IMG/VR virus record: IMGVR_UViG_3300031998_000008
Span: 128,001 to 192,000 of that record
Reading direction: 5' to 3' (one strand)
DNA from: a virus
Lineage: Duplodnaviria; Caudoviricetes
Length of the DNA stretch: 64,000 nt
Position 1 is the stretch's first letter. Each line of letters starts with the position of its first letter. This document shows positions 53,275 to 63,007 of the stretch, in pieces. The notes beneath the pieces were generated by a model that was not told the DNA's origin, did no database searches, and saw only the letters and a program-made list of their open reading frames with translations. Both the position numbers and the translations under genes were made by a program.

Positions 53275-55335
53275 TTATTCTATTGTGTTAAGTATCCGAG
53301 CAAGTTCACATGAATACATTCCCGTTGCTTCAGGAAACATATATTCGCCAAATTCTTCACAAAGTTCTTCCTCGTTTATTTCTCCATCATTATAATCGTG
53401 TATAAATTCTTCTATTTCTCCATTATCTTCATCGAAATAGTCAATCAGATAATCAACTAATCCATGGGCTATCTCATGGCCTATAGAAATCCTCGCCTGA
53501 GCCTTTATATTGAAATCATCGGTATCTATACCATTTTTAACCATTAATGCGTGTATGAGCCCCAAATTGACCCCTATTGGGATAATTTTCTCACCTATTA
53601 AGTTTCTTGAACGCTCGTAAACGGCAAGCCAATTTTTATCACCAAAATTATAATTGTAATCAAGTTCAACCGAAATACCCAATCTTCTCAAAAATTCATT
53701 CTCCAAATCATTAACACACTCATAGGCATGTTCCATGAATTTACGTTTCCAAATGTCAAATGAATTAACTGATTCGTTCAATTCTTCTTTACCTTCAAGT
53801 CTATCTGCCAAAGTTTGTATGCTGACACAATTTTTGTCTTGAAGTGTAAAGTGGCTTCTTTCTATATAGAAATAAATCGGCACTCTTTGGGCAAATTCAC
53901 TCTTTGATATTTTCAATAATGCCTTTTTGTCTGCATCAAATTGTTTGAAACCCATCATCAAAGAATCATAATCAGGATAGTATATATCAACACGGTTCAA
54001 ATAAGCGCTGACGTGAGTAAGGTTATCTCTATATGGTAGTTGTAATCCTTCTTCTGCTTGGTTTTGGTATTCATGTCTTTGAAGTGAACCAAGATTAAGT
54101 TCTTTTGGTAGCCCCAACTTAACAGGTGCTAAACCCATTCTTCTTTGCTTTTCGTAATAATATTCTTTGTCTTGGTATCTTGACTTGCTTGATTCGTTAC
54201 CAGGAATTTGTCTGTTGAATGCGGCATCGTATCTATCTCTCTTTGGAGAATAGTATTCCATTGGCTTAACATTCAATACATCGTGATTTGAATTGAGTTT
54301 ATCTGTGTTAAATTCAAGCCTTACAAATGGATGCATTCTATAATATGATGCATTGGCAAATCCCTCAAAGTCACTTCTATGTCTTGTCAATGATATGTGT
54401 GAATTACCATCCCAATATTTAGTGTTATAAAATGCCGAATACAGTTCATCAGATTCAGCAATAAGACTAAATCTGTATAAGGTTGTGAAATGATACAAAG
54501 ATTTCATGTTTGTGTGCTCGTTCAATGTACACTCTTCCAAATCATTTATGTTTCCTAAAAATTTTTCAAACCTCTTTCCATGGATGTCTTTTATGCTTCC
54601 ATAAGTGTTATTTAGGAATTCAAGCATATCTTTTAGTTTTACACAATGCTTGTCCTGCAAAGCAAAATTCCTTGCATTGGTGTAAACAAATATAGGCACG
54701 TAATTTGCAAATACGCTATCACCTATTTCTTGATATTCGGATAATAAGTTATTCCATCCATCGTAATCTTTAAGTACTTCGTTAAATTCTTTAAACAAAA
54801 TATCTATTCTGTCAATATACTTGTGTATATTTTTTAACTTTGGCCTGTATTTATCATTCTTAATTTGCAACCCTTCTTCAGCCTGATTGTGAAACTCAAT
54901 CCTGTCGCCATTTTCTTCCCTATAAAACGGGTTCTGATAATGGGCCTTTGACGTTGTGTAATGAGAAAACATATAAGCGCCATGTCTTTTTGGAGAATAA
55001 AACTCCATTGGCTTTATGTTCAAAACATCATGCTTTGAATTTAATTTTTCTATGTTAAATTGTATCCTTACATTGTTGTTTCTTTCGTTGGCAAAAGCAA
55101 ACCCCTCAAAATTGCTTTTATGCCTTGTCAATGATATGTGGCTATTGTTATCCCAATAATCCTTCAGGTAGTTTGCACCCAACAATTCATCAGTGTTAAC
55201 AATTTCACGTAAACTGTATATTGACGTGAAATGATACAAAGATTTCATGTTAGTGTGCTCATCAATTATATTCTTAACACACTCGCTTACTATCTTTTCA
55301 ATGTCTTCTATTGTGTATTCAATCAATTTTTCCAT
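53275..55335 (-). CDS. Tandem ADP-ribosyltransferase-like domains + HExxH domain
   Basis: Two copies of EHTNMKSLYHFT..SHISLTRH..QAEE; C-terminal IGHEIAH. Confidence 0.55.
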   Translation of the reverse strand: MEKLIEYTIEDIEKIVSECVKNIIDEHTNMKSLYHFTSIYSLREIVNTDELLGANYLKDYWDNNSHISLTRHKSNFEGFAFANERNNNVRIQFNIEKLNSKHDVLNIKPMEFYSPKRHGAYMFSHYTTSKAHYQNPFYREENGDRIEFHNQAEEGLQIKNDKYRPKLKNIHKYIDRIDILFKEFNEVLKDYDGWNNLLSEYQEIGDSVFANYVPIFVYTNARNFALQDKHCVKLKDMLEFLNNTYGSIKDIHGKRFEKFLGNINDLEECTLNEHTNMKSLYHFTTLYRFSLIAESDELYSAFYNTKYWDGNSHISLTRHRSDFEGFANASYYRMHPFVRLEFNTDKLNSNHDVLNVKPMEYYSPKRDRYDAAFNRQIPGNESSKSRYQDKEYYYEKQRRMGLAPVKLGLPKELNLGSLQRHEYQNQAEEGLQLPYRDNLTHVSAYLNRVDIYYPDYDSLMMGFKQFDADKKALLKISKSEFAQRVPIYFYIERSHFTLQDKNCVSIQTLADRLEGKEELNESVNSFDIWKRKFMEHAYECVNDLENEFLRRLGISVELDYNYNFGDKNWLAVYERSRNLIGEKIIPIGVNLGLIHALMVKNGIDTDDFNIKAQARISIGHEIAHGLVDYLIDYFDEDNGEIEEFIHDYNDGEINEEELCEEFGEYMFPEATGMYSCELARILNTIE

Positions 55336-55336
55336 A

Positions 55337-56299
55337 TTAAACCTTCAATGGGTCATAATCTACTATTTCATCAAATGAGTTTGATAATTCTTTTTTTGCA
55401 ATTTCAACCAAGTCGTTTGAACTTACAAACAATCCAGAATCTTTCTTGACTTCAACTTTTGCCATGTCGTTTATATAGTAATATGGTTTTCCGTTAACTG
55501 TTGCAACAATTGACAATATCTTGTCCAAATTGAATGCTTTTCCTTGGAATGTCTTATCCAATTCTGCCTTTTCTTTCATGTATAGTTCAAGTGCTTCACC
55601 TGACAACACATCGGTAACGGCTTTTTCAGGCTTTGGCGCTTGGAAAGGTGTGCTCATTGCATTTACAACGCTTGATGGTATTTCACCAATTACTTGTCCA
55701 TTTGTTCCGATTACATAGAATTTTGATTTTGATGCTGGACTACCTGCTGCATTGAAACGCTTTTCAACATCACCTCTTGTGTTTGTTACAACATTTGATG
55801 ATGCATCGTTCTTTTCTACTTGATGCATTGGGTCCCCTAAAATACCTGCTGTTTGAATACCAACTCCGTTTCTCATTCTCAAATCACGTAATTTGTCGGC
55901 ATATGCTCCATATGCTTTTCCATAGTTCTTTTCTGTTGTCCAATGCAAAACATATCTTGTAACCATGATAATACCTGCAATTCCTTGAAGTTTCTTAATT
56001 TTGCCTTCAGCATCGTCATTGAATTGCTTTATTTGTGGATACCAATGCTCGTTGCCTTCTTCACCATATCCATTAAGTGCTTTTGTCATATCGTCAGTTC
56101 TCCAACTTCTCTTTGTTCCATAGAATGACTTACCTGTTACATATGTTAATGAAACATAACATCCTGCATTTGTTTCATCTTGTGCATCCAAAATATCTAT
56201 AATATCGTTCCTGCCGACTTGCTTTCTTTCAATTTTAACCCCCTCATATAAGTTCATTCTATTCATGAGACTTAGGGCTTCATTCAACTGTTTATCCAT
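55337..56299 (-). CDS. Hypothetical late/virion protein
   Basis: N-terminal LNEALSLMNRM motif; late motif at 56320. Confidence 0.55.
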   Translation of the reverse strand: MDKQLNEALSLMNRMNLYEGVKIERKQVGRNDIIDILDAQDETNAGCYVSLTYVTGKSFYGTKRSWRTDDMTKALNGYGEEGNEHWYPQIKQFNDDAEGKIKKLQGIAGIIMVTRYVLHWTTEKNYGKAYGAYADKLRDLRMRNGVGIQTAGILGDPMHQVEKNDASSNVVTNTRGDVEKRFNAAGSPASKSKFYVIGTNGQVIGEIPSSVVNAMSTPFQAPKPEKAVTDVLSGEALELYMKEKAELDKTFQGKAFNLDKILSIVATVNGKPYYYINDMAKVEVKKDSGLFVSSNDLVEIAKKELSNSFDEIVDYDPLKV

Positions 56300-56394
56300 A
56301 ATCTACTCTATATTTTAAAATAAATAGTTTGAAAGTTTTGTTATTACATTTTTTATTTGTATATTCAACATGTTAAATGATAAAATTTTAATAA

Positions 56395-56640
56395 ATGATT
56401 ACATTCCATTTTGTGTTCATGTCAACAATTCAATTGTTCTTCTTATTCATTGTATTCGTTGCCATAGTCTATATAACGAAATGTATTGACTTATGGCTTG
56501 ATTCAAGGAAGAAAGAACATTTTACCATTAGGTTTATTAACTTATTGATTTGTGACATGGCATCAAACCTTGCAATCATTATGCCTTTCTTAATAGTTGC
56601 GTATATTTTGATAATGACAGTAGTATTAATTTGTTTGTAA
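56395..56640 (+). CDS. Small two-TM membrane protein
   Basis: Two hydrophobic stretches; follows promoter. Confidence 0.5.
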   Translation: MITFHFVFMSTIQLFFLFIVFVAIVYITKCIDLWLDSRKKEHFTIRFINLLICDMASNLAIIMPFLIVAYILIMTVVLICL

Positions 56641-56641
56641 T

Positions 56642-57163
56642 ATGTGTTTATACAGTAAAACGGGAAAACTTGAAGTAGCAGAAAAAGACCTTGACTGCTA
56701 CAAAGTAGTATGTAAATCAAAGTTTGTTGAATTCGATGAATTTGGCTTAGGAATTATTCCATGGATTAGCCCAATAAAAAAGTTCTTTAAAAGGCTAAGA
56801 AGGTCAAGGTACTTTACACCGTATCAACAAAAGAGAATAACAAATTCAGTTATTAAAGGTAATGAAAATCTAATTGCAGAAGGTAACGAGGTAATTGAAG
56901 ACCCAAGATATAGTTGGAACAACACTTACAGCGTATCAGAAGGCTTTATCCACTCATTTAGGGGCCTTTCAGTAATACTAAAACACTTTGAAAACGCAAG
57001 TTTATTCATGTCAAGAGACGATAAGTCATATGAACTGTATAAATGTGTAATTCCTAAAGGAACAACATATATTTCAGGCGTTGATAATGATGGAGTTACT
57101 TGTTATGCATCCAAAGAAATTAAGTTTGTTGAAAAAATTGCAGAAAGATTAATCGAAAAATAA
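56642..57163 (+). CDS. MCL..GFIH..CxIPKGT family paralog 1
   Basis: Shared motifs with the next three ORFs. Confidence 0.7.
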   Translation: MCLYSKTGKLEVAEKDLDCYKVVCKSKFVEFDEFGLGIIPWISPIKKFFKRLRRSRYFTPYQQKRITNSVIKGNENLIAEGNEVIEDPRYSWNNTYSVSEGFIHSFRGLSVILKHFENASLFMSRDDKSYELYKCVIPKGTTYISGVDNDGVTCYASKEIKFVEKIAERLIEK

Positions 57164-57169
57164 AATACC

Positions 57170-57607
57170 ATGTGTACAATTGTTAAAAGCAGAATTTCAA
57201 AACGTAGTGAAGGAGATTTAGTATGCTACAAAATTCTTGAAATTGAGTTTGGAAATAGAGTTTATCAAACTCCTTTCACTTATTTTCCTGTTTCAACGGA
57301 TATTATTAATGGTAAAGAGCCTTTAATTGCCAAAAATAAGAAGCCATTAAGAAAGTGTCAGTTTGAAAATGGAGCATATTGGAGTGTTAATAGCGGATAT
57401 ATCCACACATATATGGATTTGGAATGTGCTAAAAACAAAATCTTATCATTAAGAGAAACATATGACACCTCAATATTCACTTTGTTCAAATGTGTCATTC
57501 CAAAAGGAACAAAATACTATGTTGGATTTAATGATGGATTCCTGCTTGAAGAAGCGGAAACATATGCATCTGAGAAAATTTCATTTGTTGAGCAAGTAGA
57601 TTTTTAA
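57170..57607 (+). CDS. Same family, paralog 2
   Basis: CYK, YQTPF, GYIHT, KCVIPKGT, YAS. Confidence 0.7.
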   Translation: MCTIVKSRISKRSEGDLVCYKILEIEFGNRVYQTPFTYFPVSTDIINGKEPLIAKNKKPLRKCQFENGAYWSVNSGYIHTYMDLECAKNKILSLRETYDTSIFTLFKCVIPKGTKYYVGFNDGFLLEEAETYASEKISFVEQVDF

Positions 57608-57609
57608 TT

Positions 57610-58041
57610 ATGTGCTTATTTTCAAGAATTAAAACAAACGCAAAAAAAGATTTGATTTGCTATAAAATTATTGAACGTTACAAGAATTTTTATGGCGAAT
57701 ATTGCTATAAAACGCCATTCCAAGGCACTCCTGTTTCCATTAAAGTGATAGAGGGTCAAGAATTTAAGCCTGACCCATTTATATCTATAGGTGCTGATAG
57801 AAAATCAGATGGTCATTATGAGGTTTATGATGGATTTATCCACTCATATAAAACAAGATGGAAAGCAAGAAAAATGGCAAAATACATACGAGAAACCCTT
57901 TTTAAAGGTGAAGATAGATGGTATGACGTGTATAAATGCATTATTCCAAAAGGAACTGAATATTTTGATGGCGTTGATGAAAACGGGTTCGGTGCTTATG
58001 CTTCAAAATCAATTAAAATTATCAAAAAGACATGTGCTTAA
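57610..58041 (+). CDS. Same family, paralog 3
   Basis: CYK, YKTPF, GFIHS, KCIIPKGT, YAS. Confidence 0.7.
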   Translation: MCLFSRIKTNAKKDLICYKIIERYKNFYGEYCYKTPFQGTPVSIKVIEGQEFKPDPFISIGADRKSDGHYEVYDGFIHSYKTRWKARKMAKYIRETLFKGEDRWYDVYKCIIPKGTEYFDGVDENGFGAYASKSIKIIKKTCA

Positions 58042-58520
58042 TTTGTACTGATTCAATAAGAAGAGAAGCGTTTGAAGACATTATGTGCTTCAAAGTGCTT
58101 AAACTGTCATCAATTGGCTACATGACACCTTGTGTAGAGGCTGTAATTTATGATGAAGACAATGTTTTGCACCATAAAAAGCCATTTGTCGCATCTGACG
58201 AAGTTGAAATAGTACACACACAAAATGGCCTTGAAATAAATAACGGATATATCCATGTATTCCGAAAATTGGAAGATGCTGCCGTATATTCAAAGTATCT
58301 TGAAAGTATTGATGACACCAATTCGCCAATGAGAGTGTTCAGGTGTATGATTCCGAAAGGAACTGTATATTTCCAAGGATATTATGAACACTATGGACCA
58401 AGAGATTCATTTGCAGCAAAGCAGATTGTATTTATTGAGCAAATGCAATTGAATTTTTTAAACTGTGATGAATTTGGGTATAACCTAAATATGCCACGAA
58501 GAGATTTCTATTATAACTAA
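58032..58520 (+). CDS. Same family, paralog 4
   Basis: CFK, YMTP, GYIHV, RCMIPKGT. Confidence 0.7.
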   Translation: MCLICTDSIRREAFEDIMCFKVLKLSSIGYMTPCVEAVIYDEDNVLHHKKPFVASDEVEIVHTQNGLEINNGYIHVFRKLEDAAVYSKYLESIDDTNSPMRVFRCMIPKGTVYFQGYYEHYGPRDSFAAKQIVFIEQMQLNFLNCDEFGYNLNMPRRDFYYN

Positions 58521-58550
58521 AAAGGCAACTAACAATTGCCTTTCTTTTTT
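58519..58550 (+). terminator. Intrinsic terminator
   Basis: AAAGGCAA/TTGCCTTT + T-run. Confidence 0.7.
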
Positions 58551-58624
58551 TTAAATAAGGTGCTATTTAATTGCGCTTAATTAGATATTTATATAAAAAA
58601 TAAGATTAAAACAAAAAGATAAAT

Positions 58625-60106
58625 ATGCCAGGATTTGTAAGAAGAGGATGGGGACAAGGCGCTCAACAAAAGCCAGCCGGTGCTCCACAAGATGACAGAT
58701 GGTCTTTAAACGCAAAATTTGCACAATATACAGATAAAGGAAACCTTGTATTCAAATTATCAGGTTTCAAATACGAAGACATTGAAAAAGTAAACAAAAT
58801 CAAGCCTGATGTTTTCAAGGTTTTGAAGAACGAAAAGACAGGTTCAATTTGCTTAATTGTAAAACCAACGGCACTTGAAGATTTCAAGAACGTATTGCCT
58901 ACATTGGTTGATGAATTGAGAAAGTTCAATCACTATAACGACAAGTCTCTTGATGAGTTTGAAGAAAAGATTCTTTCAATTATTGAAAAAACTCCTACAC
59001 AAGAAGAACTTGCAGCAAACGAAAAGACAGTTATTTCCAACTGGAAACAATTGCTTGAAACATTGAATGACCCTGAAACTAAAAAGAAATTCTTGGCATT
59101 CCAAACAACTTATATTTGCCAAAACTCATTCAGTGATGCTGCTTTGTCACCATCAAACGTTGTTGAAGTTAGATTGGCAGACCCACAAGCATCATTCGTT
59201 ACAGATGCTGCTACATGGAAAAACAGATTTAACCGTGTAATCACACCAGGTTCACCTTTTGTTATTATTACAAAGCCTGAGCAATCAATCCCGCCAATTA
59301 AGTTATTGGAAGCAGACCCTGTTGTAAGAGGTAAAGGTGGATGGAACAAATTGTGTAAAGATTCAGGTGGTCCATGGTACGGTGAAGCATGGGCAGCAAT
59401 CAAGCGTGTTAGAATCAAGAACAACTTGAGAACAACTTACTATAAATCAAAAGTTTATGACGTTAGATTCACACAGCCTATTGACCCTAATAATGACCCG
59501 TTCTTGAAAGTTGCTAACTTGGTCAATAACTTGACAGGTGAACTTAACCAAGTTGCTAAGGAAATGATGATGAAGAACGCTGCACTTACTGGTCAAGAAA
59601 AGCCTGACTTTGAAGCAAAGAAAGAAGGTCTTCAAACAAGTGATGAATTGATGAAATATAAACAATATATTTTGGCAAAATGTAAGTCAAAGAAAATTGA
59701 TATTCCTGAAGTCGGTTCAGACAATGAAATCATTGCAAGCGCAATTTATGCATACGCATACAAGATTGCTGAGGAATACAATGTTTTGTCACCAAAGGCT
59801 AAAGGTGCTTTCGCATCAGCAGTTCTTTACAGTGTCGCTTACAGCATCGGCCTTGAATCATCAAAGGTTTCACAAGCAGCTGACATCTTCGGAAAGATTA
59901 GTCCTGAAGAAGGTGAGGAATTAATTCAAAAGACTTTTGAAATATACAAACAATTGGCAACACACCAAGTAAATGAATCAATGGGTAATGGCATCATGTC
60001 ATTTGAACAATACCATGAACTTATGTCTAAGTTATTGCCAAGCAGAGAAACCATCAAACAAAGATTTGATGAAATGAATGACAGATTAAACAACGTTGAA
60101 TTTTAA
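58625..60106 (+). CDS. Late protein with ArdC-N-like ssDNA-binding domain
   Basis: LSPSN..L.DPQASFV....WK..FNRVI.PG..IITKP...VYDVRFT resembles the ArdC N-domain pattern. Confidence 0.5.
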   Translation: MPGFVRRGWGQGAQQKPAGAPQDDRWSLNAKFAQYTDKGNLVFKLSGFKYEDIEKVNKIKPDVFKVLKNEKTGSICLIVKPTALEDFKNVLPTLVDELRKFNHYNDKSLDEFEEKILSIIEKTPTQEELAANEKTVISNWKQLLETLNDPETKKKFLAFQTTYICQNSFSDAALSPSNVVEVRLADPQASFVTDAATWKNRFNRVITPGSPFVIITKPEQSIPPIKLLEADPVVRGKGGWNKLCKDSGGPWYGEAWAAIKRVRIKNNLRTTYYKSKVYDVRFTQPIDPNNDPFLKVANLVNNLTGELNQVAKEMMMKNAALTGQEKPDFEAKKEGLQTSDELMKYKQYILAKCKSKKIDIPEVGSDNEIIASAIYAYAYKIAEEYNVLSPKAKGAFASAVLYSVAYSIGLESSKVSQAADIFGKISPEEGEELIQKTFEIYKQLATHQVNESMGNGIMSFEQYHELMSKLLPSRETIKQRFDEMNDRLNNVEF

Positions 60107-62106
60107 TGTACACATATACAGTAGGTAAGAAAAGTCAAATAGATAGCGTATTCACTAATGGTTATAGCAGACAATTCGCAGGTGAGGCTGAAGGAGTTGA
60201 CTATGGCATTGGTGTATATTGCAATATTTCCTACAATGACAAAGAAACGCCTGTTGAATCTTTAGCAAGGTACAGAAGAGACCCACAAAACAACTGCATA
60301 TTCAGAAATGAATTGAAAGGTGGTCTTGACAGATTCTTGATTTTCGATGAAAGATTTGCAAGAAAAGTATATGGAGAACATTATCTTATAAAGGACCAAG
60401 TATTTGCTTTGTTCCCTGAGAATGTGGCTAAAAATTTATGGAATGACATGAAATATTACATGTCTCTTGATACGTCACCTGAAGGTAATGGAAACCATAT
60501 GAAAGGCAGAACAGCAGGATTGCTTCAATTCATGATGTCAAAACACCTTAGAGGAAATGTTGCAAACCCAAAGAAATACGAAAGCATCTTTGGACAATAC
60601 AATGTAAGAGGCGCTATCTATAGAGGTAGGGGTGATGGTTTCTGCATGGTTGTTTATAACTATGATGAAATCGTTCCTGTTGGATATTCTCTTGACGGTG
60701 GTAGAACCTACAAAATGAAAACCGTTCAATATACATATCCTGATGTCGTAAGGAAATTAAGGCATAAATACAGAAAAGTAGATTATCCAATTGCATTGCA
60801 AGGCGATGATAGGGTATATTATTTTGCAAAAGTCCAAAAAGAAAACGGCAAATGGAATTACATTGACGCATCAACTGGCCAGGAAATATCAGTTGTTGAT
60901 TTTGATTCTTGTACGTCAATAAATCCAAATGATGGAATGTTCCAAGTTGAATATAAAGGAAAATTCTACCAAGCATGCCCTGATGGTTTTTTCGATGAGA
61001 ACGATGAGGGCCATACATGGGATGAGTTACCAATGTTCGATGAAGAATTTTTAGGTGATATTGATGAAGAGACAAAACAATATGATAAGATGCTAACAGA
61101 AAGCATTAAAAATGTTCTTGGAGAATTTTCCATGTATTATAATATGTTAAATGAAGATATTGACGAAAATATGGAAGATGAAATAGCATATTATCATTAT
61201 GACGTTCCGGATAAGTCATATTTCGATTCGCCAAAAATTCCATCTATCTACCATGTAACAGAATCAAACGTAGTGAATGACATCTTCAGAAATGGACTTG
61301 ACAGAGAGTTTTTGAGAACATTCGTATATGGTAAAGGCGTTTATGCCGCATACAGTGTCGAAGATTCTAAGAACCAATTAGGGCCTTACGGAAATGTAAT
61401 TCTTCAATTGAAATTAATCGGTGGCTATGACAGATTCATAATATTCCCAAATAGCGAACAGACAAAGAGAATTGCTATGAAATATTATGGCCATAACATT
61501 GATATATTCGACCAACTCAAATCATTCTTGCCATATAAAGAAGCAAAGGATTTGTACGAAAGATGTGGTAATAGAATTGAAGCATATTCACACTATGCAT
61601 CAAAATACCATCTAAGAGGCGCAATATATCAATGGGGACCAACCGTTGCTGTATTGCCTTATGACTTTTCTTCAGTTGTCCCATATGCGGTATCAATGGA
61701 TAGAGGAATGACTTTCAAAAAGAAATTCGATGAAAGAACTTGGGAAAGATTCCTTACAAACGTTGATGTTGAATGGAGATACGGAAGAAAGTACAAGAAA
61801 GTGGAAAAGCCAATTCTTGGATATAACGCTGATGGACAAAAGACAGGCTATTCAAGAGCCCAAAAACATAACGGAAAATGGAATATCATAGACATACAGA
61901 CAGGAAATGAAGAATTGCCATTTGACTTCGATTCATTAACAACCATGAATCCAAACAACGGTGAATTCCAAGCAGAATACAACGGAGAAATATTCAATGC
62001 ATGCCTTGACGGTTTCTATGACAATAACGGTGATGGACACCCATGGGATGAACTTGAAGAATACTTGGCGAACAACAAAGAAGATTTTAGCGACATAGAT
62101 TTCTAA
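60106..62106 (+). CDS. Duplicated PARP-like ART domain protein
   Basis: Two repeats: (Y/H)xT..F.NG..R.F..YGxGVY..GGxDRFxIF..RGAIY. Confidence 0.55.
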   Translation: MYTYTVGKKSQIDSVFTNGYSRQFAGEAEGVDYGIGVYCNISYNDKETPVESLARYRRDPQNNCIFRNELKGGLDRFLIFDERFARKVYGEHYLIKDQVFALFPENVAKNLWNDMKYYMSLDTSPEGNGNHMKGRTAGLLQFMMSKHLRGNVANPKKYESIFGQYNVRGAIYRGRGDGFCMVVYNYDEIVPVGYSLDGGRTYKMKTVQYTYPDVVRKLRHKYRKVDYPIALQGDDRVYYFAKVQKENGKWNYIDASTGQEISVVDFDSCTSINPNDGMFQVEYKGKFYQACPDGFFDENDEGHTWDELPMFDEEFLGDIDEETKQYDKMLTESIKNVLGEFSMYYNMLNEDIDENMEDEIAYYHYDVPDKSYFDSPKIPSIYHVTESNVVNDIFRNGLDREFLRTFVYGKGVYAAYSVEDSKNQLGPYGNVILQLKLIGGYDRFIIFPNSEQTKRIAMKYYGHNIDIFDQLKSFLPYKEAKDLYERCGNRIEAYSHYASKYHLRGAIYQWGPTVAVLPYDFSSVVPYAVSMDRGMTFKKKFDERTWERFLTNVDVEWRYGRKYKKVEKPILGYNADGQKTGYSRAQKHNGKWNIIDIQTGNEELPFDFDSLTTMNPNNGEFQAEYNGEIFNACLDGFYDNNGDGHPWDELEEYLANNKEDFSDIDF

Positions 62107-62203
62107 CATGTATATTATAAATGTAAGGTCAGTCTTGTAAAAGGCTGACTTTTTTTTGTTTTATTCAAATTTGTTTTGTATATTAAAAGCAAATATGTGA
62201 ATT

Positions 62204-62407
62204 ATGACAATAGAATTCAGGAATAGAGACGATGATTATATCAAGCAGTGGCCAAATTGGACAGGAGCAATTCCGCTTAAAGGCGATACAGTTGTCATTC
62301 ACTTTGGAGATTATGCTGAGGCATCATATTCATACGAGGTAGAAGAACGAATCATTGACGGAACAAATCCTGATAAGGTAGTTCTTATTATTAATTATGA
62401 AATTTAA
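62204..62407 (+). CDS. Hypothetical protein
   Basis: ORF after terminator and promoter. Confidence 0.5.
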   Translation: MTIEFRNRDDDYIKQWPNWTGAIPLKGDTVVIHFGDYAEASYSYEVEERIIDGTNPDKVVLIINYEI

Positions 62408-63002
62408 TAAATTATTTTTTAATATTAAAAATTTTAATAGAATGAAAAATGTTTTAGATTCAAAATTTGAAGAACTTCATCGCCTTATTATTAAAGAAGG
62501 CAAAAAAGACAGCAAAATTGAAAAAAAGCAAATTGAGATTTTATCTACTATTCTTGGTAAACTAAAATCTTATTATGGAAGAAAAGTTGAAATTGATTAC
62601 ACTAGATTCAACACTAAACTTAAAGAAAATTGGTATAGAATTGACCAAAATGGAGTTATTAAGCAAGGTGACTACAAAGATTGTGGAAACAAATGGTATG
62701 ATTCAAAAACATTTGATGCAATTATTGATTTAATAATTGGAAACAAAGAATATTCATTATTTTTTGTTTTAAAAAGCGCACAAGAAGCAGGTGGCACACA
62801 AGATTATGCAATTAAAGAAATTGGACAATATTCAAAATCAATGCAAAAAAACACAGATGAAAACTTACATTTTGTTTTTGTACTTGATGGCGAGTACATA
62901 AATTCAGAAATAGACAAACTGGATAAAAGCAATAAATACGAAACTTGTACTTCTGAAACATTAGAGAATTCACTTAAATCATTCATCAACTCAAAACTTT
63001 AA
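62397..63002 (+). CDS. Putative PD-(D/E)xK restriction-endonuclease-like protein
   Basis: SKTFDAII..LK..GGTQD..E..FVFVLDG pattern. Confidence 0.4.
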   Translation: MKFNKLFFNIKNFNRMKNVLDSKFEELHRLIIKEGKKDSKIEKKQIEILSTILGKLKSYYGRKVEIDYTRFNTKLKENWYRIDQNGVIKQGDYKDCGNKWYDSKTFDAIIDLIIGNKEYSLFFVLKSAQEAGGTQDYAIKEIGQYSKSMQKNTDENLHFVFVLDGEYINSEIDKLDKSNKYETCTSETLENSLKSFINSKL

Positions 63003-63007
63003 TCACA

